Below are positions 1 through 13,690 of a DNA stretch of 64,000 nt, piece by piece. This DNA is from Setoptus koraiensis (lineage: Eukaryota; Animalia; Arthropoda). The notes beneath the pieces were generated by a model. The model did no database searches, was not told where the DNA came from, and saw only the letters and a program-made list of their open reading frames with translations. The stretch's first letter is position 1; the number at the start of each line of letters is the position of its first letter. The translations under genes were made by a program, and so were the position numbers. The DNA lies in assembly GCA_048013815.1 (NCBI GenBank), contig CM106585.1:2666001-2730000 (forward strand), read 5' to 3'.

Positions 1-910
1 CGCGACACAAAAATGAAATACGCCGGCGATGCGTATTTTGCGGATTGTCCGCATCCACACGCCGTATGTAGTGCCAAAATGCCAGATTGTATATGGTCAG
101 TGGATGTCGCTTGTGGCTCGCAAGTCACAACGTTTGTGCAAGCTGCTGGCCAGCCAACAAACGAGCGAGGTGTGATTGACCCGTGGCTCATTTTTGTCAC
201 GAGTCACGAGTTGCGACCACGAGTTTTGCAGTCGACCTCTCGTGTTGTGGACGTTGTGCCAGCGGCAACTGGCCCCACACAATCAAGCACAACCAACCAG
301 CGGCTTGATTGGACGACGACACCCCGCACAAGAGTACAAGAGCCAGGTGACACCGTTAGCCGGGGTCACAGTTAACAGGGTCTGTTGTTGCAGTTATTAA
401 TCATGCGTCATCATTTGACATCATGAGCAGTCACAATCAGCAGCAATGTACAATGTGTAACGGATATAATAACGGATAACCCGCGATGACCGGCCCAACA
501 GCTGACAGTGTCATGCCGATCGACCATCGATTTGTGGCATGTGCCCTTGCGTAAAACGTGCAACATAAATGCAACAACCGCAACAGGAAATGGCCATTCA
601 AGTGGCACTCGCCGCTTGCATGATAATATCATGCATGCAAATGATATCATGATGATAATAACGGGCCCAAAACAGTAATAACAATAATGTCTGGCTCGGC
701 CATTTCAATTGTTTTGCGGGTTTTGAACTCTGTGCCCACTGTCACGCCGATGACGATAAGCGCCCCCGTGACTCGCCAGTCATGGCTCACGTCGGCGTGC
801 CCAGTGACCCGCAAGGTCTCGCTACTGACCCGTCAGCTTGCGCCCACCTCTCGCCGACAACAATAGCGGCGCTCCCACTTCGGGCCGGCAATCGTTACAA
901 TTGCCGCCTG

Positions 911-978
911 GCTCCGATCGCGGGCACCGATCGCGCGCTCCGATCGCTGGCACCGATCGCGCGCTCCGATCGCTGGCA
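911..978. repeat. 26-bp tandem repeat (about 2.6 copies) built from CGATCG palindromes
   Basis: gctccgatcgc(g/t)ggcaccgatcgcgc repeated; five CGATCG hexamers. Confidence 0.85.
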
Positions 979-1788
979 ATTATCAATGCGCCCATCATTA
1001 CGCAATGAGGAAGGAATCGTCGATGGGCGCACCGATAATTAGCGGCCAGGGTCGTCGCGAGCTTCGTTCTCGAGTGCAACGCAATTAGCATTTTTTAGCG
1101 TGCTTTCGTTGAATAACCGTGAATTTGGCAACCGCTGCCGCCGACAATGTCACAGACTAATATATGTGAGTTTTCCAGCAATGCGCCACAAACATGCCAA
1201 CGTTGGCAGACGGCGACAATAATCAATTATTGTCGTTTTCTCGCTCATTGATAATTGTATAAAACACTCACTGTTGCCGCATTATTATGTCAGCGACGAT
1301 GGCAAGCTCGCTCAGTCGGTTGAGGGGCGCATTTTCGTCTCGTTGTCGTCGTCTCTTCGTTGCAACCTTCCGATGGCGAGACGGTGCAACAGTGCGGCAG
1401 CGCGACGGTGCAACGGTGATAAGACGATGCGGCGAGCCGTGCCAATATGCTCTGAGGTGCACATGCAAAGCAGCCCTCGATGGAGCGAAACGCATGGACA
1501 TGAGCTCGGCAGAACGGATATATTCGCTGCTGCTGTTGCTGCCGTGAGGCGCTCCACAATTTACAAGCGATATCTCGGCGAGGCTTGTCAAATGCTAAAC
1601 ATAGACAATAAAGAGTTTAGCTGGCTCAGTATTCAAATGCTGGCTGGCTGGCTGGCTGGCTGGCGGCTGATGGTAGCAGCAGTAATTTGATGGGGTGTTT
1701 GTGCGGTCGTGCAATGACGTCAATTTGGAGCATAAATATTAAGTGATACACATCTCTGTATATGTGCTTGCTTGTTATGTGCGCACTT

Positions 1789-1890
1789 GAGGGATATATC
1801 TATACGAGGGATATGTATATACGAGGGATATGTATATATGAGGGATATACATATACGAGCGATGTACATATACGAGGGATATATATGTAA
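1789..1890. repeat. About 17-bp degenerate minisatellite (acgagggatatgtatat), about 6 copies
   Basis: Directly visible tandem units. Confidence 0.8.
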
Positions 1891-4458
1891 TATTTGATGC
1901 CTGTATGTATATATATCCCTCAAACATATAAGCATGTAACTTGCATGATGTAAGGGTATTTATAAATATGTTTACGACTCATGAGAGCTGCTCGTGATAC
2001 CAGATTCACAGGACATTATTACGAGCGATAGGGTGCAAACTTATTTCAGTCGCTGCTGCTCTTTTGCACATGTCACAATTGCCAATTGTTCACACTGGCT
2101 GCCTCGCCACGACGGGTCCCATTCACCTTGCTGCTTCAAGCTAAAAAAACTGACGAATAGTTGATGATAAGCGATAATAATTGTTGATCACAAACAAACT
2201 TTTATCTACTTGCACCCGGCGTAATAATAGCTGCTCTCACTCGTCGTCGTCTGGTCTGTGTGTGTGTTGACATATCTGTCACTTTTGGCCAATCATGCCC
2301 GCCTGACAAGCCTTGCGATAGTGCAAAAAACAACAACACAAACAGCACGAGCTTATTGCCAACGGCAACAATCTCAATTGTCAATTGTGTGCCAAAATGC
2401 AAATATGCAAATATAATGAACAACTCAATGCTAATTAACCAGCCGCTACAACAGCCGAGCAATTATGACAGCTGCTAACGTGCCGTGCCAATCAATAGCC
2501 ATAATAGCAATTATTCATGCTATTATCTAATACTATTATAACACACAGACACACAATACGCGGGCTGCATCAATGTGCCGCAACAACCGAGTTCTTCAAC
2601 TAGATTGTCACCTATTCGAGAACCACCAACGGCAACGAACGAGCGAAATCGACCGACCGACCCGAAGCCGATAAATGGCAGCAGCCAAGGTGAGTAGACA
2701 AGCGGCTCGGTGGCGCATCAACCTTGATATTCTCCGTCGTAGAGCTGAACGAGCTGAGCGATCGGCAATATTGTTGCCAACTTGTTCTGAGCTTACTTCA
2801 CAATTGTCACTTTATTGCCGGCGACTGTGCCGAGCCGACAGGTGGCGCCTCGCCAACGATGGTCCATATCGATTATGTAACATAATTATAAATAACGCAC
2901 ACACACAAGCATGAGTTAGACGAGTCAACCTGTTGGCCGAATGTTTGAATTGATGAGCGGGCTTCGCATGAACAGAGTTTATAAATACCCGACTTGTGCC
3001 GCCGCCGCTGCTGCTGTTAACGGCGATACTACAACAGCAACAACAACAACAACTGCAACTACAACTACAACAGCAACAAGTTGGGTTGCGTCATTTACTG
3101 AACAAGATTAGACCAGGATAAGAGTGACACCAATGGCAGCAGCGGCAGCATAATAATACGGCCAGTTATGTAGTTGTTGTGCCGTTATGTTCAGTGAGTT
3201 ATATGGTTAGTTAGTTAGCTGGTCTGTGGTGCTGGCGGTGGTGCAAATGGTGATGCCGCCGCCGCCGTTGTGATGCAGTTACATCGGCGGCAAACAGTTA
3301 GATGCGCATGTATGTGGCCTTAGCAATTAAAACAAAGACACACACACAACTATAAAATCATCATCACTATTACATAACGGTTAACGGTGTATGAGTGGTG
3401 GTGTTGCGAGTGCATGAGTGACTGAGCCAACTGTAGCTGCGCTGGCCACTGTGACAACAAGAATCTGTCATTTGTTTATTTGTGCTCTATTGGTTAACTA
3501 GGCCTAAACGCCATCAACTTTACCTGTGCTCCGCTTGTGCTTTACCTGTGCTTTAGCTGTGCTCGGCTGGTACCGTCGCCAGTGCTTCACTGGTGGCGGT
3601 GGTGTTGTCAAGCAGCTGCAGCTCAGGTGAGTTGTGGCCGCCTGTGCCGTTTTATGGTTGCCATAGTTACCTGGCGCATTTATATATTGCATTGCCACCA
3701 CAGCGGCATCAACAGCGCCATCAACAGCGCCATCAGCAGCGCCATCAGCAGCGACAACAGCAACAGTGTTACAGTTACAGCATTAACTAACGGCGCAACA
3801 TAACGGTAACTGGTGCCATACGACAAGTGGTTGTTTATTGGCCGCTGGTGCCACAGTCTAGATCAGACTGTGTGCTGTTGCCATTGAATGTTGATCAGCG
3901 ACAGCAGCAGCATCATCATCATTGCCATCGGGCATCTTCTATAGGTATTGTCCGCTGCTCAACAGCAGCAGCACACACACACCAACCATGTCCATTGAAT
4001 TGGAGCCAGCTCACCTAGATCCTCTCCCGAAGCTTGCCGAGCCAGCGGCCAGGAGAAGGATCTAGGTGAGGCGGTTAGTCGGGCCGATGACGCAATGCAA
4101 TCAGATTGATTTGTATTGAATTTCATTTCGTTCTGGCTCACACACACACTCACTCACTCACCTGTGCAAGTACAAGCACAAGTACAAGTACAAGTACAAG
4201 TACAAGTCAAATAATAAAAATAAACCTGACCAACGGTGCTGTCGCCGTCGCCGAGCCAGCAGCGACAACGTTGGCGCCGCCGTGCTCGAATTTAGGTGAG
4301 GTGAGCTAAGGTTAGGGGGGCTCTGCGATGACAGCCATCACAATCCATCTTTTCTCCTTTTTCGCCATCTCCACACTCTTTCTATTTGTGCCTCGACGCG
4401 CTGGCCAAGCTGGCGGTGCTGGCGACGCGGCTTCGGGGCGCATCCTTGCCGCTAAAAA

Positions 4459-4582
4459 CGACGACAACGACAACTGAAACGACGGCGACACCTGAAACGA
4501 CAGCGACAACCGAAACGACGCCGACAACTGAAACGACAACGACAACCGAAACGACAACAACAACTAAAACAACAACAACAAC
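4459..4582. repeat. 18-bp minisatellite (actgaaacgacagcgaca-like), about 6-7 copies
   Basis: gaaacgac recurs with an 18-nt period; one frame reads TETTAT. Confidence 0.8.
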
Positions 4583-5957
4583 GGCGGAGAGTTTCTTCAA
4601 CAACCTTCAATTTCCAATTCACTACCAGCCGTTCAAGTGTGTGTGTGTGTGTGTGTCGCATTGCAGTGTGTGTCGCATTGGAGATGGAGAGTATTGCTTT
4701 GATTGGCGATGATGCAACTAGTTTTGGCGTGTGTGTGTGTTCAACATTGTGTGTGCAGTCGTCACAATGTCAAGTGAGCTCAATGACAGAGTCCAGTTTC
4801 GGGCCAACAGCAACAACAACGGCAGCAGCGACAGCAACGACAACAACGACGGCAACGACGGCAACGACGGCAACGACAACAACGGCAACAACGACAACAA
4901 CGACGGCAACAGGTGACAGTTACTCACACTGCTGGCGCTGCTGCTCCAGTTGGTTATGAGAAGAAAAAGAAAAAACTTTTCTTCTGCTGTCCGCTTCTTC
5001 CACTGGTCGCGCTGGCCGATAGCGGCCACTCGCTATTAATACACCACCGCCACCGACAACGACAACGACAACAACAACAGCTACGACAACAACGACAACG
5101 ACAGGCGCTGTAGCCAGTGGCAGTTAAGTGCCGTGTTGCACATGTTGTGCCGTTGTCCACTTGCCTGCTTGTGTCGGCCGTGCTGCGACGGTTGTCGTCG
5201 TTGTTTCGCCGCGACCAATAGCGACCAGCAACAACAACAACAGCGACAACAACGACAACAGCGGCGGCGGACAGGCGAACGGTGACACAAACACACAAAT
5301 CCGCTTCTTATTTCAATCGGCAGGCACACACAAGCGTAACTTACCGTCAGTGGCCGTGGTTGTGTCAAGCGGCAGCCCCAACTGACAGCAACAAGTGACA
5401 GCAACAATAGCGGCTGCGACACACGCAGCCGAGCCAACCACCTATCTGGACGACACATAGAACACACATTCTGTTGTTCATTGGCAAGCTCGCTGCTCGA
5501 GGCAATGTCACTCGACAGGTAAAGGGGACGGCGGGCGTTTGAAAGAAATTGGGTCATTCACAGACAAACAAGCGGCAATTTCGTTGTAACAATGCGCGCC
5601 TCTCACCTTTGGTTTGGGCAGCGCTTCGGTTCGGGCAGCGCTTCGGTTCGGGCAGCGCAAGTTCCTTCGAAACGAAACTGGCGGGCGTGTTGCGTCACAG
5701 CGGCATTGGCGAGCGCATGTGAACAATCGAACGTCGCCGTCGTCGATACTGCGGATCCGATTGCAGATCCACTGATCTAAATTGGTCTGCGGCTATCACA
5801 TTCATTACCTGCCACAAGCTGCTGCTGCTGCTGCGACAACTTACACAAACAATTCGGGCGAGCAGCGAGCTGCTGAAAGTTGCCCGAAAGTAACGGTGCC
5901 GAGCAAAATTGCGTCTTGCTATTATTAGAGACACACTCGCCGCTGTAGCCGTGAGTT

Positions 5958-6308
5958 GTTGTTGGCTGTTGTGGGCTGTTGTTGGCTGTTGTGGGCTGTT
6001 GTCGGCTGTTGTGAGCCGTTGTGAGCCGTTGGCATGGCCACGTGAGCGGCAAACGGTAACCAAAGCCACAACTCGCTGTCATCCAGTGACAATTGGCGCT
6101 GTGAGATAATTGAGATTTGAATATTCGTTTCGCTGGCTCGGCGCTCGAACATTCACCAACATTCAAACAACGTTGCAGCCGCCGTCGAGCTGTGGCTTAA
6201 ATTAGCTCTGACACTTGTCGCTGTTGTTGGTCGCTCGTCGTTGTTTGTCGCTCGTCGTTGTTGGTCGCTCGTCGTTGTTTGTCGCTCGTCGTTGTTTGTC
6301 GCTCGTTG
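5958..6308. repeat. Two minisatellites: 10-bp (gttgtgggct) about 7 copies at 5958-6032 and 17-bp (gtcgctcgtcgttgttt) about 5 copies at 6229-6308
   Basis: Directly visible tandem units. Confidence 0.8.
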
Positions 6309-7936
6309 CCTGTCGTGTGTCGCTGGCAATGACAACCAAAGCCCGCTTTAGAGATTGTTGTTGCGCAACAATTTTCGCCACCGACCAGAACGCGTGCTGT
6401 GTGCGCAGTGCGCACTAGCCAATTGAATTGTAATTGTGTGTCTGTCTCACCTCTAGCGACTCATTCGATATGCGCGATTGTGCCTACCTGTCGAATCAAG
6501 CGACAGTGCAGTGAGAGGCAGAGGGACAAAAATAACAGTAGTTGCATAACTGATTGTGTGGCGGCCAGCATCGAGCCTAACGAGCGACGACGGCGCCCGC
6601 AACAAGTGAGCTGCTCTGTGTGAAAAGAATAGGCATGCCAAAAGAAGTTGTTAGCGCCGTCAGTTGGCGTTGCCGTTGTTGTCGCTGTTGTCGCTGTTGC
6701 CGTTGTTGTTGCCGCTGTTGTTGGCGTCGCTGTGCCGTTATGTAGATGAGCCGACTCCTTTGCATGTCTTGAAGAGCATGCTATAACGGTGCTGTTGCTG
6801 GCGTGGCCGGCGTTGTTGGCGCTGTTGTTGTTGTTGTTGTTGTTGTTGCCGTTGTTGTCAGGTCATGGCCACTTGCCACTCTATATCCTATTATTGTGCG
6901 CACTCGCTGGCAAGTGGCTCCGACGAGAAGCACAACTTGCCAGCTTGCACACAAAGGCGATTACATAATAGGCAACTATTACGTATTATTAATAACGGCC
7001 TAGGCCATTGCCTAGCCAGAGAGGCTCTCGCTTTCGTCTCGCCGTTGGCTGGCTGCTCGGCTGCTCGGCTGGCTGGCTACTTTTATCTGGCTGCCCGGCC
7101 GGCCGTCTATTTATCAGCCAGTGCGTGTGTGTGTGTGTCTGGCTTCGGTCTGGCTGGCTTCGGTTTGGCTGGCTTCGGTTTGGCTGGCTGCTTTTATCTG
7201 GCTGGCGGCTCGCGCCCAAGCCAGCCAGATAAAAGCCGCCAATGGCAATGGGGAGCGCACGCGCGCCACTGCTGGCAAGCTAGCGTTGGCACGTCGTAAA
7301 GCGGCCGGCTGACGGGCTGGCTGGCTGTGATAAACATAAACAAGTTTCGCTTATCCGATTCGCTCAATAAGCTGGCTTCGTCCGAAAAGGAAAACGTCTC
7401 GCAATTGGCGAGCTTTTCATAGAAACGCGCTCTCTCGGCTAAATAATAATAACCGGCTTTTGGCCAGCGCGCACACACACACAGCCGCCCATTGAGTCAC
7501 CTTACGAGCGAGCAACAAGTGCCTAACAAGTGGCGGCTTTATTTTCGCTTTTATCCGTATTCATTTCGCGCTAATTCTCGAGCTCGTCGGCTCGTTGGCT
7601 GCGACATGAGCACTGAGTGAGCGAAACATCTGACGAGACACACAAGCGCACGGCCGAGCAAACGAGGAAAGATTGAGAGTCTCGAATTGAGAGACTCGAT
7701 TCGAGAGGCAAAAGTGCAAAATTCGAGCGAGCTGCCCATACACACAACAGCGCACAACAGCACACAACAGCACACGACGGCATGCACGGCTCGACGGCCA
7801 GACCCGTCCCGTCCAAAACACCAAAGGAACTCACCTGTTTCCTGTCGACTTTCCTGCAGGACTTTCCTCGCCGGCTGGCTGGCCGTGTTGCGTTGCGTTG
7901 CACGTTCACGTAACGGCGTTGGCACAGTGCGAGCGC

Positions 7937-8035
7937 ATTGTGTAACAGCATTGTATAAGCATTGTATAAGCATTGTACAAGCATTGTATAAGCGTTGCAT
8001 AAGCGTTGTATAAGCCTTGTACAAGCGTCGTACAG
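7937..8035. repeat. 11-bp tandem repeat (agcattgtata), about 8-9 copies, decaying toward the 3' end
   Basis: cattgtataag/cattgtacaag/cgttgcataag/ccttgtacaag units. Confidence 0.85.
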
Positions 8036-8508
8036 GTGAGAGTTGTTAATGTAACGTCAATATAAATATACAAAAATATATTGTTGCGCTCGCCGTGAGC
8101 AGCCGATCTGAGCGGCCGACAGTGACTGTCGGCCACTCTCGCCCATGGCTGTTGCACGTGTGTCGTGTGTGTACGTGTGCGTGAATAGGGCGCCAATTGG
8201 CCGCTCGCAAACGGTTGACTCGCAAACAGTTGACTCGCGAATTGTTGAAAAAGTGGAAAAAGTCGAAAAGTGTTGCGCGTCAGGGTCGATTAGCGGCCAC
8301 TGCACGCCAATTTGTTGTGTGTGTGTTTCGCGTATCGATGTCGGCCCGGCGTCTGGCCGCGAAATCGATGTAAATGTTTACTGATTGGTGTCGCTGGCGC
8401 CGACGGAGCGGCCAGGACGCCGATAGAGCGGCCAGGAGCTCGCCGAGGGCGCCCGCCAGAGAAACAAAGTCGCTGCGGCGGCCCGAGCGGCGCGCACCGG
8501 CCCGTCAC

Positions 8509-8650
8509 GGCAACAACAACAGCACAACAACAACAGCACAACAACAGCAGCAACAACAACGACAACAACAACAGCAACAGCAACAACGACAGCAACAACG
8601 ACAGCAACAACGACAGCAACAACGACAGCAACAACGACAGCAACAACGAC
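8509..8650. repeat. CAA/CAG/CGA compound microsatellite including about 6 copies of 12-bp aacgacagcaac
   Basis: Directly visible. Confidence 0.85.
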
Positions 8651-9829
8651 GAGCGAGCAACTTATCACGACAGCGCCGAACGGCCGTTGATAGGGCCCGT
8701 CTGACAGGCGCTCGATGGGCGCTTGATAGGCGCTCGATAGGAGGAAAGAGCGCGACAGGAAAGGAGAGCCGCTAATTTATCGTACATAGTGTGGCTAGTG
8801 TGGCGCTGGCGAGATTATCTCATTAACTGTTATATTTGGCTGGCTAATTCCGCCAGCCAGTCAAATATATATAATAAGTGAGTCAAATTGGAAACGAGAT
8901 AACGCTCAAGATAGAACCAATTGTCGGCAACCAATCTCGCTCAGCGCTGACGCTTGCGCGCACTCAACGCACTGCAGCCAGCCCGACCAGCTAGTTACGT
9001 AATACCTGTCAACTTGTTTACATGTACACGGCACGCAACGGCCGCTACGTGATTCTTATTATAACAACAACAGCAACAACAACAATTGCCATCATTCATT
9101 TTTGGCAATACGCACAACTGGCTGCTCGGCTGCTCGGCTGGTGTCATGGTCATCCTTTGTTGAGAGCAACAAGCAACAAGTGCGCATGGATATTATGTTG
9201 TATAATGTGTTATATTATGTATTATTATGGTCAATGGCGACGCTGTAACTGCTGCGCTGGCTGCGCCGCCACCTCTGTCCACCTAGCGCGCATACAAACA
9301 AACAATGCTCGCCACACTCACCGACAAACAACGCAAGCGGCGGCACGGGGCGCCCCGCAAACAGGCCGGCGCTGTACGGCTCGACGGGCCGACCCGACCA
9401 ATTCAATGGGAGCTGCTGGCTGGCAGACCCGTGTGTGTGACGGGCGCGCCGCCTAATTGGGCGCCCATCCGACCACACATGCTCACTCACTCACTCACTG
9501 ATCGTGTCGGATTGGTCTGACTCTCAATCTCGCTCTGGCGAGACGGTCTCACAACGGGCCCGTCGCCTGTCCGCTGGCGGCCCGACCGGCGACCCGACTG
9601 GCGGCTCGACTGGCGGCTCGAAGCGGCATCAGCGGCCTGAACGACAACGCGCTGGGGCCCGTTTAGATGCCGACACACATTGGCTCGCTGACAGAGCAGA
9701 AACAATGGACACACAGATCCGACAATGAAATCGAGCGACCGACAAACAAACAAGCGCACTCGATTATCCAGAGCAGGCCAGACGAGCGCGCCAATTAAGG
9801 TGGGCAGCGATCACAATAGCAGCTCATCA

Positions 9830-10364
9830 ATTGTTGTTGTTGATGTCATTTAAGGAGAGCTTTCTCCTGTTGTTGCCGTCGTTGTTGTTGTTGTTGCTGT
9901 TGCCATTGCTGCCGTTGTTGCTGTTGCTGTTGTTGTTGTTGTTGTTGTTGTCGTTGTTGTCGTTGTCGTTGTTGTTGTTGTTGTTGTTGTTGTTGGTGTT
10001 GGTGGTGCCACGGTCATGCCCGCTGCCGCCGCCAGTTCCCAGAACGGCCATTGATGGGCCAAGCCTGATACTGACCATCGTCGTAATGACAAAGCGAGCG
10101 AGTAAAAGAGCGCACAGAGAGAGAGAGGGAGAGAGAGAGTGAGCCAACAGCAGCGACAGGCATGAGTTGCGGTGGTGAGCGACAGGTGAAATGATTTCAA
10201 TATCAAGTGGCGCCGCCCAAGCTCGCTCGCCTGCGCTTGTGTCCGCTCGCTCGGGCTTGCGGCGGCCAGCGAGCGGCGGGTTGCGCATGTGCCCGTCTAT
10301 TTGTCGTTGTTGTTTTTGTCGCTGTTGTCGTTGTTGCTGTCGTTGTCGTCGCTGCTGCTGTTGT

Positions 10365-10397
<33 letters not shown>

Positions 10398-10400
10398 GGT
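9830..10400. repeat. Long (GTT/GCT/GTC)n compound microsatellites (about 9870-10000 and 10300-10400)
   Basis: Directly visible; they generate the poly-N/T/Q/L/V/C ORFs in the track. Confidence 0.9.
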
Positions 10401-11876
10401 TGTGTTGGCGGCGCGCGAGGCGAGCCGCCAGTGCAGATGGACACACAAAACAGCAGCGGCGATTGTCAAGTGGCCGCGACAGAGCGAGCGACTGGCGAGA
10501 AAAGGAAAGTCCCAGTTTGGGCGTCAGTGGCTCCGCTGGCTCGGCTGGCCGGCGCTCGAATGGCTCGAATCAGACTGAGTCACATGAGAGAGTTGGCATG
10601 AGTGCGCTTGTGTGACGTCGCTGCTGACGCAACAAGCGCTGCCCGTCGAGCCGGTCGGTCGGTCGGTCGGTTGGCCGGTTGGCCGCTGCGACGGACACAC
10701 TCTGGCGGCGAGCTGATTTAATTCTAGGGCCGGCGAGCCGGGCGCTCATCAAACTATTTAGTCGCTCAAGCGTGAATCCTAGCCCCATATTGGCGCTGCC
10801 AAGGCAGCGCCGGCCGACATCGTTCTCAGCCGACCGGTCGCCGGCATCGTCTTGCCTCTACGAGGCAGCAGCTTCTATGAGCCAGCTTCTATGAGCCAGC
10901 TTCTATGGCTAGCCAGTGACTGTATGAGGCAGCAGCGGCCGGCGACAAGAGCAACGGCTCTAGTGTGGCGGCCATAGTGTTCGGCCGTAGCGAGCGGAGA
11001 GTATGTCACAAATAATTGGTCATCAAAGTCAAGTTTCTTATAATAGTTTTTCGCTGCCAGTTGTCGTTGCGGTCGCTGGCTAAGCTGTGTGTGTGTGTCG
11101 CGAATTCTAGTTCTCGCTGCCTGTGCTGCCTGCTCCAGTCTAGGTAACTAGTTCACCGCGGCCGCCAGTACCGTTATCGGCGCCAGCGCTGTCATAGGAG
11201 TAGCCCGAAGTAGGCATTTCAAGTCCAACGCGGAGACACTCTCCAGTGTAGATCTCAATTACTGTGACACCGCCGCCGTTACCCGTTCACCTGTTGCCTG
11301 CTCACCTGTTCTCTGGCGCCCGTTAGCCCGCTCACCTGTTGCCGTCGCTGTCGCCGTTGCCGTCGCTGTTGCTGTCGCCGTTGCCGTCGCTGTTGCTGTT
11401 GCTGTTGCCATTCACACACACACGACTGCCTCCCTCTCTATTTAGCTCTCTGTTTATCTGCTGGCTTGTCGCTGCTCGCTGCTCTCGGCTGGCCGCTCTC
11501 CGTTCGCCTGTCTAGCCGGCCTAGCCGGCCGGCTGCGTAGTGGGCAGCTAAATAAAGAACCGCCAAGACGGACCTTGCCAGCAACAGTGGTAGTAGTTAG
11601 TTTTACTGTCACTACCAACGCTGCCAACATAAATTATCCCGGCCGTCACACACACACACACACAGCGCACACACACACACACACTCGCTCGCTGGGGGAA
11701 GACACTGTGCGCTGTGCCCCTGCGCACAATAGTGCACGAGCTTGCGAGTGGCTGCTGTGCCAAACTTGGCCAGCCGAGTCGCTGCTGTGTTATAATTAGG
11801 CAACTGACATGCGCACGATGCCTTCCCCCCCGCCATCGGTCTGATACTTTATGGCTACTGCTAGCCTATTACCTGA

Positions 11877-11908
<32 letters not shown>

Positions 11909-13618
11909 AGAAGTCATTTTAAGCTTGTGCCAGTTCAATGTTAATCATGCCGTCATCAGCAGCGTATCACAGCAGCAGCAGCAGCGAGCATCATCGGCAT
12001 CAACGCAACAACAGCAATTGCGCCAACGACAACAACGACAGCGGCACTAGGCAGCGAGACGCAACAACGACAACAGACGACAACTGTGTCGACAACAACG
12101 ACAACACTTTTAGTGGCGACATTTCCATCGAGACAATCGTCCGTAACGGTCGCAACAACGCGCTACCATAGTTGTGTGCGCGACACACAAACACTCAGCG
12201 GCAGCAGCAACCAACAACAGCAACCAACAACCAACGAACAAAGAAAGTTTCAATTCCGTTTCAGCAAGACATCATCAGTTCGTTATGAACTTATTATCAG
12301 TTACTCGGCAGCTCCGTTGAGGCCAACAAATTGATCAGCAAATCTCTTTCTCTCTCTCTCGCTCACTCTCTGTCTCGTTGTAACCTTAAATGTTTGAATT
12401 ACGTCATCACGTCCACCGACTGCCAGCCAATCGCTCGAATTGTGCTCACACTTGTTAGCCACTAATAGAGAAATAATCACACATAGAGAAATAATCGCAC
12501 ACACAGAGAAATCAAATCACGCCAAAACAAAAAACACAACAAGCGTTACATCATCAAGCGCCAAATCAAGTGTGCGCTCCTGAACACAACTGCATCTTGT
12601 TGCAACAATATTCATCCGCCTGAAGAATACATAATATACACATTTATCCGCTGGCAGACGCATAGCAAAATCAACACATCGGACACAATATCGGCATCTA
12701 CTAAACGGATAGCATTTGTAAGTAGCTATCACACACTCTATTCGTCCAGTGCTCGTCGGCGCCCTCTCTCGCGAGCAGCCGCCAATGGGCCGTCTAGGCC
12801 CAATTTTGGCCCAATCTCGGGCCAGCACCGGAGCACCGAAGCACCGAAGCTTCGGAGCAACGAGGCATCGAGGCATCGCTGGCCGGGTCCCGCGCGGGCC
12901 CGACGAAGCGGCCGCTGCCAGGTGGCGCTGGCAACGCCCCATGCCTGTGGTCAGTGTTGTCTGTAGCCATGAATCTAGTCGCCTTGTGACACTGTTGTCA
13001 GTGGGTCACTTGTTGCTTGTTTGCTCGCGCTACAAACGGCCCAAATTGGCGTTGTCTGGCCTGTTTCGTCGACGGCCATTCGACAGCCATTGTCAAAGTC
13101 GGCGCTGATGAACCGTTTCCACTGACTTTAATTAGCGCCACTGGCTCGCACTGGCTTGTGCCGGCCTAATGGTGCAGCGCACCGACCCACTACTGCGCTA
13201 ATTGACCAGTGGCACACACACACACACACACGCACAAACTGGCTGCTAGTGAGTGGCACGCAAGCACGCGGCAGCACAGGCACGCCACCGGTTGCTGGAA
13301 CATGCAACGACTAATAGCTATTTTGTGTGTTCGTGAGTTCCGTCAGGGGCCGAGCACGGTGCACAGTTGGCGCGGGCCCCTGTCGCGGCTTGCGTGGCAC
13401 AGCGTGGCACAGTGGCACAAGCATTGTGTGACACACACCGGCGATGTCGTGTGCTGGCTGTGCCGCGCTCGCTGCAACCAGGATGCTAAACGGCGACCAA
13501 GAGCGACAGGCCAAAGTAAACCTAAGTAAACCGAAGTAAACCGAAGCCAGCCGAAGAGAAGGCTGCCTCTCGTGACGCTGACAATGCCGCTCGGGCGGCC
13601 GGGCAGAGGCGAGCGGCG

Positions 13619-13690
13619 GAGAGCCGCGGATGGCCGAGGATTGAGAGAGAGCCGAGGAGAGCCGCGGAGAGCCGCGGAGAGCCGCGGAGA
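13619..13690. repeat. 10-bp repeat gagagccg(c/a)g, about 5 copies
   Basis: Directly visible. Confidence 0.75.

Noticed and set aside
12517-12760. Minus-strand Cys-rich peptide ending RMNIVATRCSCV, resembling a cystine-knot/TGF-beta C-terminus
   Set aside because: There is no CxGxC or CC spacing and no signal peptide or furin site. Cys/Val richness is expected from the reverse complement of CA-rich DNA, and the plus strand has an equally open frame and a strong donor.
911-13690. Short tandem arrays as CRISPR-like repeats
   Set aside because: The units are contiguous with no unique spacers, there are no cas genes, and the context is eukaryotic.
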